Below, one piece after another: positions 12,364 through 24,755 of a stretch of 64,000 bases of DNA (position 1 is its first letter; the number at the start of each line of letters is the position of its first letter). Position numbers and translations under genes: made by a program. The DNA lies in NCBI GenBank assembly GCA_013115125.1, contig JABANN010000105.1, positions 1 through 64,000 on the forward strand, written 5' to 3'. Origin of the DNA: Perkinsus olseni. Taxonomy: Eukaryota. The notes beneath the pieces were generated by a model, which ran no database searches, was not told where the DNA came from, and was given only the letters and a program-made list of their open reading frames with translations.

Positions 12364-14820
12364 ATGTCGGCTCATCATCCGGCAGCCTTCTCTGAGCTGC
12401 TCAACACATCTGTTTCGGGTAAATAGTATGGGCGGTTGCCCCTCTGGCGAGGTTTCGCCAGCGACATACCTCTTGAGTCATCGTTGAATTCACACGCGGG
12501 AGCCTACAAGAAGCGTTGTTCTGTATCCAGCATCGCGTGCCGTTTCCTTGAACAGAAGAATCAAAACGAAGTGCCAAAGGGAGTAGTCAGTGAGCTGCCC
12601 AGGAGCTTAGAATCAATCCTGACCCTAAGGATCGATTTTCTGGCGCCAATACAGCTAGAACGGGCCGTCGCTATTTGGTGATTGCTCGGGCGGCCCCAGC
12701 TGTTGTAGCGCGGGTTCTCCCTCAGAACACCTGTCGGCGGATGACAACTTCAGCCCGACGTCGTCCCGGCAGCCGATAACCGCGGACTCCACGCCATTGG
12801 TGGTGCCCCCGCCCCCGCCTAAGAGGAGGGTTGACTGTTCACAGGAGATCAGCGGCATCGGTATCGTGAATTCGATGGAAGAAAGTTCACTTGGCGGTCC
12901 TGCTGTAGGTGACCCGACTTACGCATGCACTACATCGAATGGTCAAGAATACAGGCGGATGTCCCGTAGGCCGTGCTGGCTGCTGCATCGCGAGATGGTG
13001 TCTCAGGGACGAGTAGAGGTGGAGATCTTCCTAGGATGATGACTCGTCATGAGGGGACAGGTGAGTCGGGTGCGCTGATAAGCGATATTGAGTGAGCGTT
13101 CCCTCGACGGAATAGGAGAAGCTGCTATATGGAGCGCTGTGATGTGATGTGAGCAAGTCTTGTAAGTGGAGTTCCGCACTCGGTCGAGTAACAACAGTGA
13201 CCTTGTCCGCATTAGCTGTGGGGTTCACGACGGCGCGTGGGTCGTGAGGTCCAGCCTAGTGATTGACCGGTCACTGGAGTACGCTGGCAGATGCACGGGA
13301 GCTGATCAAGTACGCTATAAAGCTGTTCAGGGAAGACGCCATCAGCAAGGCGCAGGTGTGATGGTGGTGTGACCAAGCGCCTGGCCTGGTCTCATGGTGG
13401 ATGCAGGCCATGCTCGTGCAAGACTTCTGTCGAGATCCTAGTCGGGCTTCAGAGTGTGCGATTGTAAATGGCACTCTGGTGGAGCAGGATGAGGAGGTGA
13501 GATAAACCATCTTTCTAACCCATGGCCACGTCGGCAGTATCTTAGGTCGAACCTTGCTAGATACGCGCAAGAGTTGGGGTGTTCTCCTTTTTCAGGACCG
13601 AAAGCTCCACATGCAGATGTGGGTGCAGAATCTCGAGAAGGCCGAGCATATGAGGTCACCTTCCTCCTGGCTCTCATCGAAGGACTACCAGCGAGCCTCC
13701 ATAGCCTTCAGCGTGCCTAACGCTGCGTCAGTGTCGGGGTAATAGTAGCGGCTCCAGCCTCAGCGATTGATGCCGGCTTCATGCAGGCAGAGTACTCGAG
13801 CGCCCTCGCCCTACCTCCCGAGCCCGGCTGCCAGCAGTCCCGCTAATTCGACGATATACAACCACATGGCCGCCGGAGCGCTACAGCAACAGACGCTGAA
13901 CTGGCAACAGCATTCTGGGTATGTTCTCCTGGCTGGTCCAGTGGAAGTGCATCTCTCTCTGCTGTCTCCTCAGCAACTTAGCAGGAGTACCTCAGCTACT
14001 CCACGGTCCGCCGCTGCATCATCAACAGCTTTACCAGGTGAGGGCCCTCCTCTCTGCACCTCTCGTCGCCATTCTTGCTGGACAGGTCGGCAGCTGTGCA
14101 TCTCCCAGTCCGAGCAGTCCGCAGTTCCATTCCTATTGTGCGCCTGGCCAGCATTCGGACGGTGGGCGCATTGTATGGTGGTAGTGGTGACACGCTGTGG
14201 GTCCTTCCAGGTCACGTTGGTGTCGGAGGTGCTCTGTCCTCTCCTAATCCGACTTCCTCGCATGCCCACCCACAGGTTGGTTTCTCTGTACATAACTAGT
14301 GAACAGTTCAGCTCGCTCAGGGTCCGCCAGAGCTACGGCGACCGCAGCCCAGCAGGTTGCAACAGCGAGGGATGGACTCGGAGGATGTGTAAGTTTCCAA
14401 ACTCCTCCCTACTGTAGCAGTAGGAGACCCAAATGGGAGCCCATGAGTATAGCGAAGACCACACCTATTGGCGTTCACCCTGTGAACTCGGCCATTTAGC
14501 TGAGTATCTAGGAGCAGCAGACAATTACACAGTCTGTCAGCCAGTCTGTGGAACTTAGTCCGCGATGCCGGTGCCCTTGCTTCAGTCCCCTAGAGCTGAT
14601 GCCAACAGGAACGCCGCCGCTGCCCAGCAGTCGTTCGCCGAGTCCCACTCTGCCCTCACCAGTACCAGAAACTTCCCACTTCCTATCCCATAGTGGCCGA
14701 TCTGCGGTTGAGATGGGCTTCCTCGCGTCATCGCCGCCCTTCGCCTCGCCCTCTCCACCGGCGATCTTCTCCGTGCCTAGTGTGCCGTCGCCGACCAATA
14801 ACACGGAGCTGGAACGGTGA
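12364..14820 (+). CDS. Hypothetical multi-exon Ser/Pro/Gln-rich protein, paralogue A
   Basis: Exons MSAHHPAAFSELLNTSVS / EHLSADDNFSP / AMLVQDFC / DRKLHMQMWVQNLEKAE / PLELMPTGTPPLPSSRSPSPTLP match paralogue B exon for exon, with conserved splice positions. Confidence 0.7.
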
Positions 14821-15002
14821 GTTTTTTGTCCCTTCGGGGATCGTGCTGAGGGTTGCAATTTCAGTGAGGCTAACTTGGAGAGCGAGACCCACCCAAATCA
14901 GCTGACAGGATCATGATATCAGCTTGTGCGGTCTATCATGACGGTCGTGTTGCGCTCGGCGGCAGTCGTCTTCCGGGCTCTGGTCCTCCTCCTTTCGGCC
15001 CT

Positions 15003-17119
15003 ATGTCCAGCCATCACGACTCCCGCTCCTTCGCCGAGCTGCTAAACACCTCCGTCTCGGGTGAGCCTTCCCCTCGTCGGTTCAGTGTGATTGCTTCTTC
15101 CTGCTAAGAGCACTTATCGGCGGACGACAGCTTCAGCCCTGCGTCTTCGAGACGCTCTGGTCAACGGACCGCTGGGCCGACCCCGGAGTCGAAGAGAGCA
15201 GCTCCAGAAGGCTTCCGAGAGTGCCCGCCTACGGAGGATATCAGCCGACTCAGCGCAGGTGGGGCCTTTGCTACTGATGCTGCAGCAATAACGGCTGCGG
15301 TGGGTCAGTTTTGAGTCAGCACAGCATGCACGGCCGAGCCCATGTGGGAAGGAGGATGTCTCGTGAGCTGCTCGATGGACCGTTGGCCTTGACAGAGCCG
15401 GCTCAGGGACGAGTCGTGGCGGAGACCTATCAAGCTTGACGCAGGCCACCGATGATTTAGTCGACGATTGCCTTCCTAGGGATAGTACGCTCCTCGCGAG
15501 CTCACTTTCTGGCAGTGGTGGTCTCTGTCAGGCCAGCAGCAGCAGCAGCCGCCTGGCAAGACGGCCCCCCTGCAGCTCATTATGTATGCTATAAAACTGT
15601 TCAGACGTGGCGTGATTACGAAGGACCAGGTAGGCCGCGTCTGCGGGTTGACAGGCGCGCCGGTCTAGGAATCACCTTGTTCCACTCACGGTTGCTCTGA
15701 AGCGTGTCACCGTTAGAGTACAGCACACCGTCTTTTCGTACCTCCATCTTCTACGCTTTCCCCTCCCTCGCCCGTTCCTTTGGTTATTCATCCTGTTCGG
15801 TTGTAATCGCGCAGTCGAGGACAGCTGTACCCAGGCTACGCTGGTCCAAGACTTCTGCCTTGACCCAACGGCCAACCGTGAGCAATGCGAGACCATGAGA
15901 GCCACGATTGAGATGTCGGCGGATGAGGAGGTCGGTCACTGCCAAGGCTGTCGTCATCTGAGGTCCTCCCATCGCGCAGGACCGTCAGCTGGCTATGGAG
16001 ATGTGGGTCACCAACTTGGAAAAGGCGGAAGCCCGGAGAGCGGTGGCATCGGGGAAGGAGTTCAGCGATCGAAGGCATCTGCCTGAACTCAGCACAGTGA
16101 ATCTTGCCAGCGTCACTGGGTCATCAGGGTGAGCATCGATAGCAGCACTAGGCCAGGGCAGCTACTGTGGCGTCCCTCAGGCAGAGTACCCGGGCACCAT
16201 CGCCGTACTGCCCCAGTCCGGCGGCCAGCAGTCCAGCCAACTCGGCTATATACAACCATATGGCCGCCGGGGCTTTGCAACAGCAGGCTCTGAGTTGGCA
16301 GCAACAGCAGCAAAATGGGTAGAGGCAGCGGTCGTCTCGGGAGAGAGGTCCGTCACAGTGGTGGTTGTGTTAGGATCTTCCACCCTGCGGGGGGACAGCA
16401 TTTCGGTAACTACTTCGCTGGCGGTGTGACCGGCTCTTATCAGGTGGGAGAGACTACCATGCGCCGGTTGCATTTGTTGTCGTTCAGCCGATGCACTGCG
16501 CGTCTCCCGCCCCTGGAAGCCCGCAGGCTTTGTTCGGCGCTTCGCAGAGTGCCAGTGGACTACAACAAGTGGAAAGTGAGATATCCTTCTCTAGGAAACC
16601 GATATAGGCATGGCTGTAGCCAGGCGCGAGTGTTGTGAACATGTCCCTGGCCTCGCCCAATGCTGGTTCCCAGACTGCTATCGCGGACATGTCGGGCATA
16701 GCGGCTTGCCAACATCAACAGGTTACTTCGCCCTTTTCGAAGAGGTGTCAGTCGCCCTCTTCAGGCTCCTGAGCTACGCCGTCCGCAGCCCAGTCGACTC
16801 AATCCGCGGGCGCAGTCAGAGACCGGGCAGCAGAACGAGGATGTGTAGGTGTTGGGCAGACCCTGCAAGTGGCAGCCTTTTTCGCTGCAGACCGCTCGAG
16901 CTCATGCCAATGGGCACTCCGCCGTTGCCGCATAGTCGGTCGCCTAGCCCTACACTGCCGACTCCACCTGGACAGTCGTCCGTAGTGTTCAGCTCTCACA
17001 GCCAGAGTGGGCCACAGGGGCTCATGGGCGCCGCACAGCTCCGCCCTCTCGGGACGCCCTCGCCTCCTCCAGCGGGGATGATGATCCACATGCCCTCCCC
17101 CACCAATACCGCCGTGTAA
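15003..17119 (+). CDS. Hypothetical multi-exon Ser/Pro/Gln-rich protein, paralogue B
   Basis: Exons MSSHHDSRSFAELLNTSVS / EHLSADDSFSP / ATLVQDFC / DRQLAMEMWVTNLEKAE / PLELMPMGTPPLPHSRSPSPTLP. Confidence 0.7.
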
Positions 17120-17329
17120 GACCCTTCGATGTGTCACAGTAGCGATTTTGTGGTTTGCAGACATTCGAGCAGCAGTGGCCGTTTGGCGACGTCTCGCTGA
17201 CAGTCGGTATGCAACTCCACTGCCGAGAGTACTTGTGATGTATGTAAATTGAATTCTCACTTGGTGTTGTTGTTACTTGCTGAGTACGGTGGCCGCCAGT
17301 CGGTCGCCTCAATCCTTGGTAGTTGTAAC

Positions 17330-17709
17330 TTAACCCTGTAACTTAACCCTACGTTGTAACGGCACTGAACTCACACCAATCAATGTGGTTTGAAAAGGAT
17401 GACCGAAAGTGGAGATGTTCTTCAGGCGAAGCAGTGGTTTCGAACCACGTTTTGGGTCTTCGACGAACCATATACTGATTTGAGAAAGTAAAACTCGGCC
17501 ATCGTGGCCGAGGGGCAGAGTAAGTCCGGATATGGAAGCATACTCTCGTAAAATGTAGGATGACCCATGTCGGCGACTGCCACTGGGCCGTGATGTGCCC
17601 CCTGAGGGATCATCCGAAAACATAATGCTCCTCACTGATTGGTCTCGACACGTATACAGTACAGTGAGTCCTCCCAGGTCGAGGGCGTGATATAGTCGTG
17701 GCGGAGATG
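17330..17709 (-). pseudogene. Decayed C-terminal part of the Cys-rich secreted gene
   Basis: FRMIPQG..GPVAVADMG is in frame behind two stops and matches LRMIPQG..GPSVMADIG at ~22290-22225. The ..IWF..NISTFGHPFQ segment matches ..IWA..NFSALGHPFQ at ~20700-20570. Confidence 0.55.
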
Positions 17710-18006
17710 CTACAGGGGTACATGTTTGCAGAACAATGCCTCCTCCTTGCGATAACAGCAGTCCTTATACAACTGGAGACTGTTGTATAGTCTCGCACAT
17801 TTATAGCACATATGATAGATATGTTGATCGTGGCAGCAGACGAACGTTTTATTATACGCAGGGTCGTCGCAACCTTCGAGTCCATTGTTCAACCGTCTCG
17901 TATTGCTTCCCTCAGGACCCCACATGGAGTGCTGTTCAGCGTAACCAAGGGTGTAGGTGAGGGTGACGTAAACCAGAGATGCGACAGCCAGAAAAGACAC
18001 GGGCAT
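17710..18006 (-). CDS. Small secreted cysteine-rich protein (signal peptide, RR site, 8-Cys domain); possibly the truncated N-terminus of a longer decayed gene
   Basis: 98-aa ORF with a hydrophobic N-terminus and the pattern C-x10-CC-x8-C-x2-C-x12-CC-x9-C; a homologue lies at 22745-22375. Confidence 0.65.
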   Translation of the reverse strand: MPVSFLAVASLVYVTLTYTLGYAEQHSMWGPEGSNTRRLNNGLEGCDDPAYNKTFVCCHDQHIYHMCYKCARLYNSLQLYKDCCYRKEEALFCKHVPL

Positions 18007-18197
18007 GACGGAGGTCTCGAAAATAGCCTAGAAAAAGACTGAGAAAGGACATGCCTGAATTGCAAGAGGCGGGTTTATTGAAATACACGCATGTCCCCGA
18101 CGAGGGCGACGGATTTCGCTCAATTGCGCACTAGCATGAGATTCTTGATAACTACGCTATAATCAGTCGTCATGCCTTGGGTCTGCATACTAACTCG

Positions 18198-18434
18198 TGC
18201 ACTATAACTCAGTACAGTGTGGCTATTTGAGTCGGGGCTCAAAGAAAGGTAGAACCGGACTCGGGAGGAGTTCGGGAAACTGATCTAGTTGTTGGATTTA
18301 TGGTGAACGTATGTTCCATAGCATGGCGAGGAACGCACGTGTTTGCTGGGACGAACGTACGTATAACGAGCAAAGCCGCACAAAGAGCAAGGTGGGTACG
18401 TAGCAGCAATGAAGGTAGTTGTCACTATAGTGGA
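18198..18434 (+). mobile_element. TGCA-terminated ~240-330 bp element, degenerate copy, followed by a partial tandem copy to ~18646
   Basis: Starts TGCACTATAACTCAGTACAGTGTGGCTATTTGAG..GGGGCTCAAAGAAAGGTA and ends GTCACTATAGTGGA. Confidence 0.7.
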
Positions 18435-19556
18435 CACGGTTACAGAGTGGATATTTGAGGCTATAACGAGGCTTGAAGGATGGTAAAAGCGGAATCGATA
18501 GGAGTCCGGAGAAAGCTGGTCTCGGGGCAGTTCCAGGGTGGAGGTATGTTCACTACTAGTGAATCACTAGCATGACAAGGAACGCATGAAGGCGCAGAAA
18601 GAGGAAGGTGGGCACAGAGCGGCAATGGAGGTAGTTGTCGCTATAAGTCAGCGGCAGAGATAGACGGTCATGTACCGATTGCTTCCTACTCGATTGCTAT
18701 GCTAATTCAACCTACGCGAATCATTCGCGGCGAATGGCGGAGGAACAGTATATAAACGAGCTAGAGCCACTCATATTACTCACGAAAGGCATGCTTGCAC
18801 CATGAATCCGCGTATGAGAGAGGGACAGCAGAACTAAGTAGACACAATAACAGCTTATACGGAATAACCAACAAACAGAAATTCAACAGATTACAACCGA
18901 GTTCAGATCATATCTGACCTCACACGAAACCTCTGGTCTCCGACATGGGGCTGTGCGCGGTATCCCACTGGCGTCTGTAAGGTCGGCTGGGCCTCACGAC
19001 GGCAGCGACGGCACCGCGAAGACAACCGAGGCCCGTGCCGAGGCCGAAGGCGCTGCTACAAATGGCAGTAGCGCTTCGGCACCCGCAGTTTACATCTCAG
19101 GCCAGTCAGACAGAAAAGAACCACTCAGACTTGCCTACATCTGCTTTCCCCTCCCGAAGTTTCTACTGAAGCCACCCCCGATGCTTTGCATGCCGCTGCG
19201 GCATCCCGCACAAAGGCGGCATTGCCGCACAGGTGTCAACCTAGGTCAACTACTTGTTTATCCGCTGAAGAAAAGTGTTATCAGTGCATGTGTGGGTGTA
19301 GGCGATAGTTATATTTGAGTACAGGTCATCTTTGCCCCCTCCCAGGGATACGGGCCATGGTTTGCCCAACCTGAGTTATTGCCTAACGAGCCCTAATGTG
19401 AGGTCTCAATACAAGTGCGCGGGCGGAGACAGACTATGTGGTATGTCCATGTTTTGTGTCGTTCACCCGTACGCACGACGCTGGTGCTTGCCTCTTACAC
19501 TTGAAAGATACGACTTTTCTGTTCTTCGGCCCCTTTTTCTGTTGTGTACGCCGTAG

Positions 19557-19898
19557 GCAGCCGAGTCTATTCCGCCCCTTGGGCTCTATCGGAGAACGGA
19601 CAGTTGAGCGAGGATCTGTAGGTGCTGGCCTCCTACAACAAGTGACAACCTACGTCGCCGCAGACCGCTCGAGCTCATGCCAATGGGCACCCCACCGTTG
19701 CCGCATAGTCGATCACCTAGCCCAACACTGCCTACCCCGCCCGGACAGTCGTCCATAGTGTTCAGCTCCCACAGTCAGAGTGGGCCGCAGGGGCTCATGG
19801 GCGCCACACAGCTCCGCCCTCTCGGGACGCCCTCGCCCCCTCCTCCTCCCACGGGGATGATGATCCACATGCCCTCCCCCACCAATACTGTCGTGTAA
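19557..19898 (+). pseudogene. Third, partial paralogue (C) of the Ser/Pro-rich family; last exons only, with possible remnants from ~18945
   Basis: 19661-20032 is nearly identical to 16888-17256 (last exon plus 3' flank). The conserved N-terminal exons of A and B are not seen. Confidence 0.6.
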
Positions 19899-20514
19899 GG
19901 CCCTTCGATGTGTCACAGTAGCGACTGTGTGGATTTCAGACATCCGAGGAGCAGTGGCCCGGTGACCTCTCGATGACAGTCCGTATGCAACTCCACTGCC
20001 GAGAGTACATGTGATGTATGTAAATTGAATTCCAGCTCAGTGTGGTCATTTGTTGAATATAGTGAGCGGCAGCTGGATGTGCGATGAAAGCGGCATGCTA
20101 CATCATGATGATGTAGCACGGGAGTGTAGTGTAGCAGGGGTTTCACTGTAATCGGGAGTCCCGATCAATTTCCTGATTTGTCATTTCCGTTTTACACAGT
20201 TTCATCTCCATTTCAGATGATCGATATTGTTCCACTTCCGTTCACAAATTTTGACGTGGATTTGATTCATAGTGAAACGGATTCCTGAGCATGTTGCTCG
20301 ACAGTGTCGAGTCGACAGGCCACCGCAGGAGGCAGCGGCAGTTGTTGTTCCACTAACTTGCATGTCGCAGCTGGCGCACGACCTAATCCTCACTCAGACT
20401 TTTCGAGCTTACGATCTTCCGAATACCGTATTCGTATTCGGAATACGTCATTCAGCCCTTGAGAACACGCGGATATACGGTATGCGAGCGAAGAGATTAG
20501 CTCAAGCGTATACC

Positions 20515-22745
20515 TCACTGTGGGGTCAAGAGTATTGGGGTCACGCTGACCGGCACTGCGCTCACACTAATCGATGCGTCTTGAAAAGGATGACCGAGAG
20601 CGGAGAAGTTCCCCATGAGAAGCAGTGCTTGCAAACCACGTGGGTCGTCCGGGATGGCCCATATCCTAAGTTCGAAAAATAAAAATCGGCCAGCATTTGG
20701 CCCAAGGGCAGCGTCGCCGAAGAAGAGGTTGACTAATGGGCTTAGCTGTTTAGCCCGGTTTAGCTTAAGTACCGGTTTAGCTGAGGGCTCGTATCGCCAG
20801 TCCACACCGTGAGATGATACTATCAGGAAATGCATTGGTCAGGAGTAAGCCATCCCGAGTCAGCAAGTTCAGATGAGGTATATGCCATCATAGGGCGGCA
20901 GCAGTCCGACCATCCACGCAGACGGTGTGGGAGTTACAGCCCCCTTCGGTGAGAGCTTTCGTTGACGGGGCTATACCTTTCTAGACTAAACTCAGGGCCA
21001 TAAAGGCATTTAGAAAGGCTAACTTCAATCGTGGGTACGGGGGAGCTCTCCAAGAGAGTCGGGCCCGCTTCCAGTCTACCATGGCGACGATAAGTCGACC
21101 TTTCTACGAGATTAATACTAAGTCGATTCTCTGTTACGGAGAATCGACTGCAGGAGTCCAACTATCGGCGTACGTTTCTACGGGGACAGGATGGGGCAAC
21201 GAAGGCTAGAGCTTCCCTGGCGTGTGTAACGTTCCCAAGTTTACTTTGACTCAAGAGTGAAGGGAGGCGCCAAGAAAGCCTTGAGTGTGCGAACGACTGT
21301 GTAGGCAGCATAGGCTATGCTGCATAGCTGATGGCAAAACAGCGCAACTATAGCGAACACACTGAGGATACCGTCCTCAGCCCTCAGCATTATCACACTT
21401 GAGGAAGTATCGAGACAGCAATACTTAAAAGCCCACCCACTCATGAGTAAGCTTACACGACTCGCAGAACGACCTCGCGAATGAGAAGGGGCCTCGTAAG
21501 ACTAGAAGCAAGTAGACAGGCTGTCTAAGGCTAGGCTGCCTAGACAGGCAAGTAGACTGTGCCGTTGTCTTAGACAGCGGCAGCTGGCAGCTGTCTCAGG
21601 CACGAATACAGACTGTCTCTCAGACCCCAAAGAGAAGCATCAAGCACGCATCTGTTGTATCATACAAGTCGTATGGGCGTTAGGTATACCCGAATACAAA
21701 TAATGCTTCTCCTCCTCGAGGGCCCATGTTTATTGGCGCTGCGCCGCACGAGAATCAAGTCATCTTCGACAGAGTTCTCACTTGGCGCTCTCCCAATCTC
21801 AAATGTCCTCCATATTTGTCAACTTGGTGGCCAGCTCAGCTGGCACGAGCGGGTTGGGGGAGCCCTGCCGTTAGATGCGTAAACTTCCCACGGTGAGAGG
21901 CTACCCTTGCTTTGATCCTCCGGCCTCGCCTTGTGATTCCCCAAGCACTGCGACGATAGGGCCCGAGTTTCACATGCCGCACTCGGACACGCACGCGCCG
22001 ACCGTGTGCAAGCCGCAGCATGGCTTCGTAGGCTGCACCTCCCTTGACTAAACTCATGGCCATAAAGACATCCAGTAAGGGTAACTCCTATCGTGGGTAC
22101 CGGAAAGCTCTCCAAGAGAGCCGGACCCAGTTACAGAATACCATGACAGCGTTAAGCCTGAGTTTTCTACGAGAATAATACTAAGTTGAGCGGAAAAACA
22201 AAGGCACAGCATGAGCCGAGAAAAGTTTGACCAATGTCGGCCATCACCGATGGGCCTCACAGCCGATGTCCTTGAGGGATCATCCGAAGAAAAAATTCCG
22301 ATGGTTGAAAAGTATACTCAGAGTAGACCCGACACTACACAAAATATCCCATCCACAATTGGGGGGGACTGGCCTAAGGTACTGGCCTAGGCTGAATGGT
22401 GGTGAGTCTAGTATGCGTCGCATCGTCTAGTTGTACACAGTTTCGCAAAACGTCCTCATCTCAGGGATTTTGTCGGGGCCGTTATAGCAACAGTCACCAT
22501 TAGACCTCGATGCTATCGTATACTCTCCCACAGTAATAACATACACCTAGAACATCATCGTCGTGGCAACAAGTGTTGTAGTCCTTGTAAACAGGGTCCT
22601 GGCATACATCCACTCTACTTGAGATTTTCGCACTGTGTTCGTCACGACTAGGCATGGCATCGCTGCCAGAAGCCAGCATTGAGAACACTGTGTAGGTGAG
22701 TACACCATATACCACAGATCCGAAACCACGCAAGGACAGGGTCAT
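20515..22745 (-). pseudogene. Decayed copy of the Cys-rich secreted protein gene, with an internal duplication
   Basis: Signal peptide + CQDPVYKDYNTCCHDDDVLGVCYYCGRVYDSIEV, then a +1 frameshift at ~22501 (TAAT for TAT). The restored frame reads YGDCCYNGPDKIPEMRTFCENC. Downstream stops follow; ~20984-21123 and ~22046-22186 are direct copies. Confidence 0.65.
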
Positions 22746-23648
22746 AGAGGAGATACTGAAAATATCAGGTAGAACTGGCACCGCGAAAAGACTCTTATGA
22801 TGATTGTTAATCAAGGAACTATCAGGTGATAGCCTCAGCCACTAAAGCTCAAGAGCCATAGTGTTGGTTGTAGAAGGCAGTGAAGCCCTACAACCTGCTA
22901 GATGGGTGTCGGAGTAATCTGAGTACACGATTAAGCATTCAGCGGGCAGAGCATAAAGCTAGAGAAAAATGGCCACAAGATCAATAATAGTTATTACTTG
23001 CAACACCACTGTGTAGCGACAGAGTCCTCGTCACGCTAGCTTCACAGCTGAGCCACACAGCGGTGTCACAATATGAGTAATCTAGACAAAGAACCTGAAA
23101 AGGTTGCAGTGAAGCTGGGAATGATGGCCTGCACTGTGGATGAGCACAGTGTGGTCATTTGAGATCGGCCTCACGCGACGACCAGACTCGGTTGCAGAGA
23201 GCGGAAAGAAGGGCGAACTATAGCTAGATCTCTAGAGAGATGGAGAACGAATATGATGAACGCGAGTAAATCATAGCAGAGCACACAGCTGTTGCTATGG
23301 CACACCGTAAAATGTAGTGCGATGCTACACTTCAAATGTCGATAACAATGAACCTGAATGGTGCGAGACAACGCCCCTAGACAAACACTCGTGCTTGCCA
23401 GAGGAAGAAGCTATCCAAGGTTGTGCTCTTTTGGCTCTCTGAATAGTGCTAGCTTCGCACGCATCAGTTATTCGTCACTTGCCGCAGAAGCTGGACGAGG
23501 TTACAAGCCTGTACCGAGCTCTTCGAGAGGGAGACTTCCTCAGGGAGTATTATGCCCTAGGCTCGGTGCAGGGTATGAAAGGTGATAGCCTATCAGTGAT
23601 AGGCAGCCCGATTTCAGTAGCGACTGTTTCGACGAGTAGATGCCGAGG

Positions 23649-23934
23649 TGCACTATAACTCAGTACAGTGTGGCTATTTGAGACGGGGCTCAAAGAAAGG
23701 TAAGATTGGACTGGAGAGGAGCTTAGTGATGATGTGCACTACAGCTTACTACGCTAAGCTTAGGACAGCACGTATACTCATGGACGCGAGTGCAAGGCGC
23801 AGAATAAGGTCAGATGGTTATCTGATACTAATGATACGTAGTAGCAGTGAACTATGAGCTGAGTGGTACTGAACCAGGCTGTAGCTGTTACTTAGCGCAT
23901 ACTATAGGCGTCACTATGCTGTCACTATAGTGCA
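23649..23934 (+). mobile_element. ~286 bp element with TGCACTATA...TATAGTGCA termini and a GAGG 4-bp TSD (solo LTR or MITE)
   Basis: Flanks read ccGAGG|TGCAC...GTGCA|GAGGca; several homologues in the window. Confidence 0.85.
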
Positions 23935-23989
23935 GAGGCATTTACCGGTAGAGCAGCGGGAAACATTGTGGAGACAACATGAAAATAGC

Positions 23990-24314
23990 TGCACTGTAGT
24001 GACGACTATGGTGTACGCTATGTAACAACTATAGCCTTGTTCAACACTACTCAGCTGTTAGACTATAATCGCTGCACTTACTTTTACTGCTACTGTGCAT
24101 CATTTATCTCAGATGACCGTCTGTCAGACGCCGTCTGACCTGATTATGTGCCTTGCACCTTCGTGCATGAGTATGCGTTCTTGGCTAGAACTTCCGTTAA
24201 GCTAGCCCACAGTACAGATTCTCATTATCAGTGAACTCCTCTCGAGTCCAGCAGCTGGACTCCAGCTTTTCTTGCTATGTCTCGAATAGCCACACTGTAC
24301 TCAGTGACAGTGCA
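23990..24314 (-). mobile_element. Diverged inverted copy of the TGCA element
   Basis: TGCACTGTAG...ATAGCCACACTGTACTCAGTGACAGTGCA; flanks TAGC / TAAC. Confidence 0.75.
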
Positions 24315-24704
24315 TAACCATCCAGAAAATATTAATTCGCTCGATTGCTGGACCAACGTGCTGTCGCAGCCTGCGACTCGCAGGCGATGGCTGAAGCTCG
24401 GTTCGTATCTCTTAGAGTACCAAATCAAGGTTTCGCATCAAAATTGGCATCGAGCGCCCCCCCCCCACTGAAACAGTTCCATAAGGATCTTGGTGTGCGA
24501 AGGTTGTGAGGATTATGTGTCCTCGCATGTGTTGTACTATGCAGCTTGAGTGTGACTCACACTGTGTGAGCTTAAAGCCGGAATCCTCTAATTATACCCC
24601 CACCAACATGCTCATCAGCGTTTTCTGCACTGATAGATATTGAGCGATCGCTCGGCTCACGAAAACTGTAAAGGGTCTGCGCCAAGCTTCAACTAGATTC
24701 TAGT

Positions 24705-24755
24705 TCCGAGGGCAGTTCAGACTTCTAGTTACTAGAAGTCTGAACTGCCCTCGGA
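24705..24755. repeat. Perfect palindrome, 25-bp arms with a 1-nt centre
   Basis: TCCGAGGGCAGTTCAGACTTCTAGT-T-ACTAGAAGTCTGAACTGCCCTCGGA. Confidence 0.95.
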
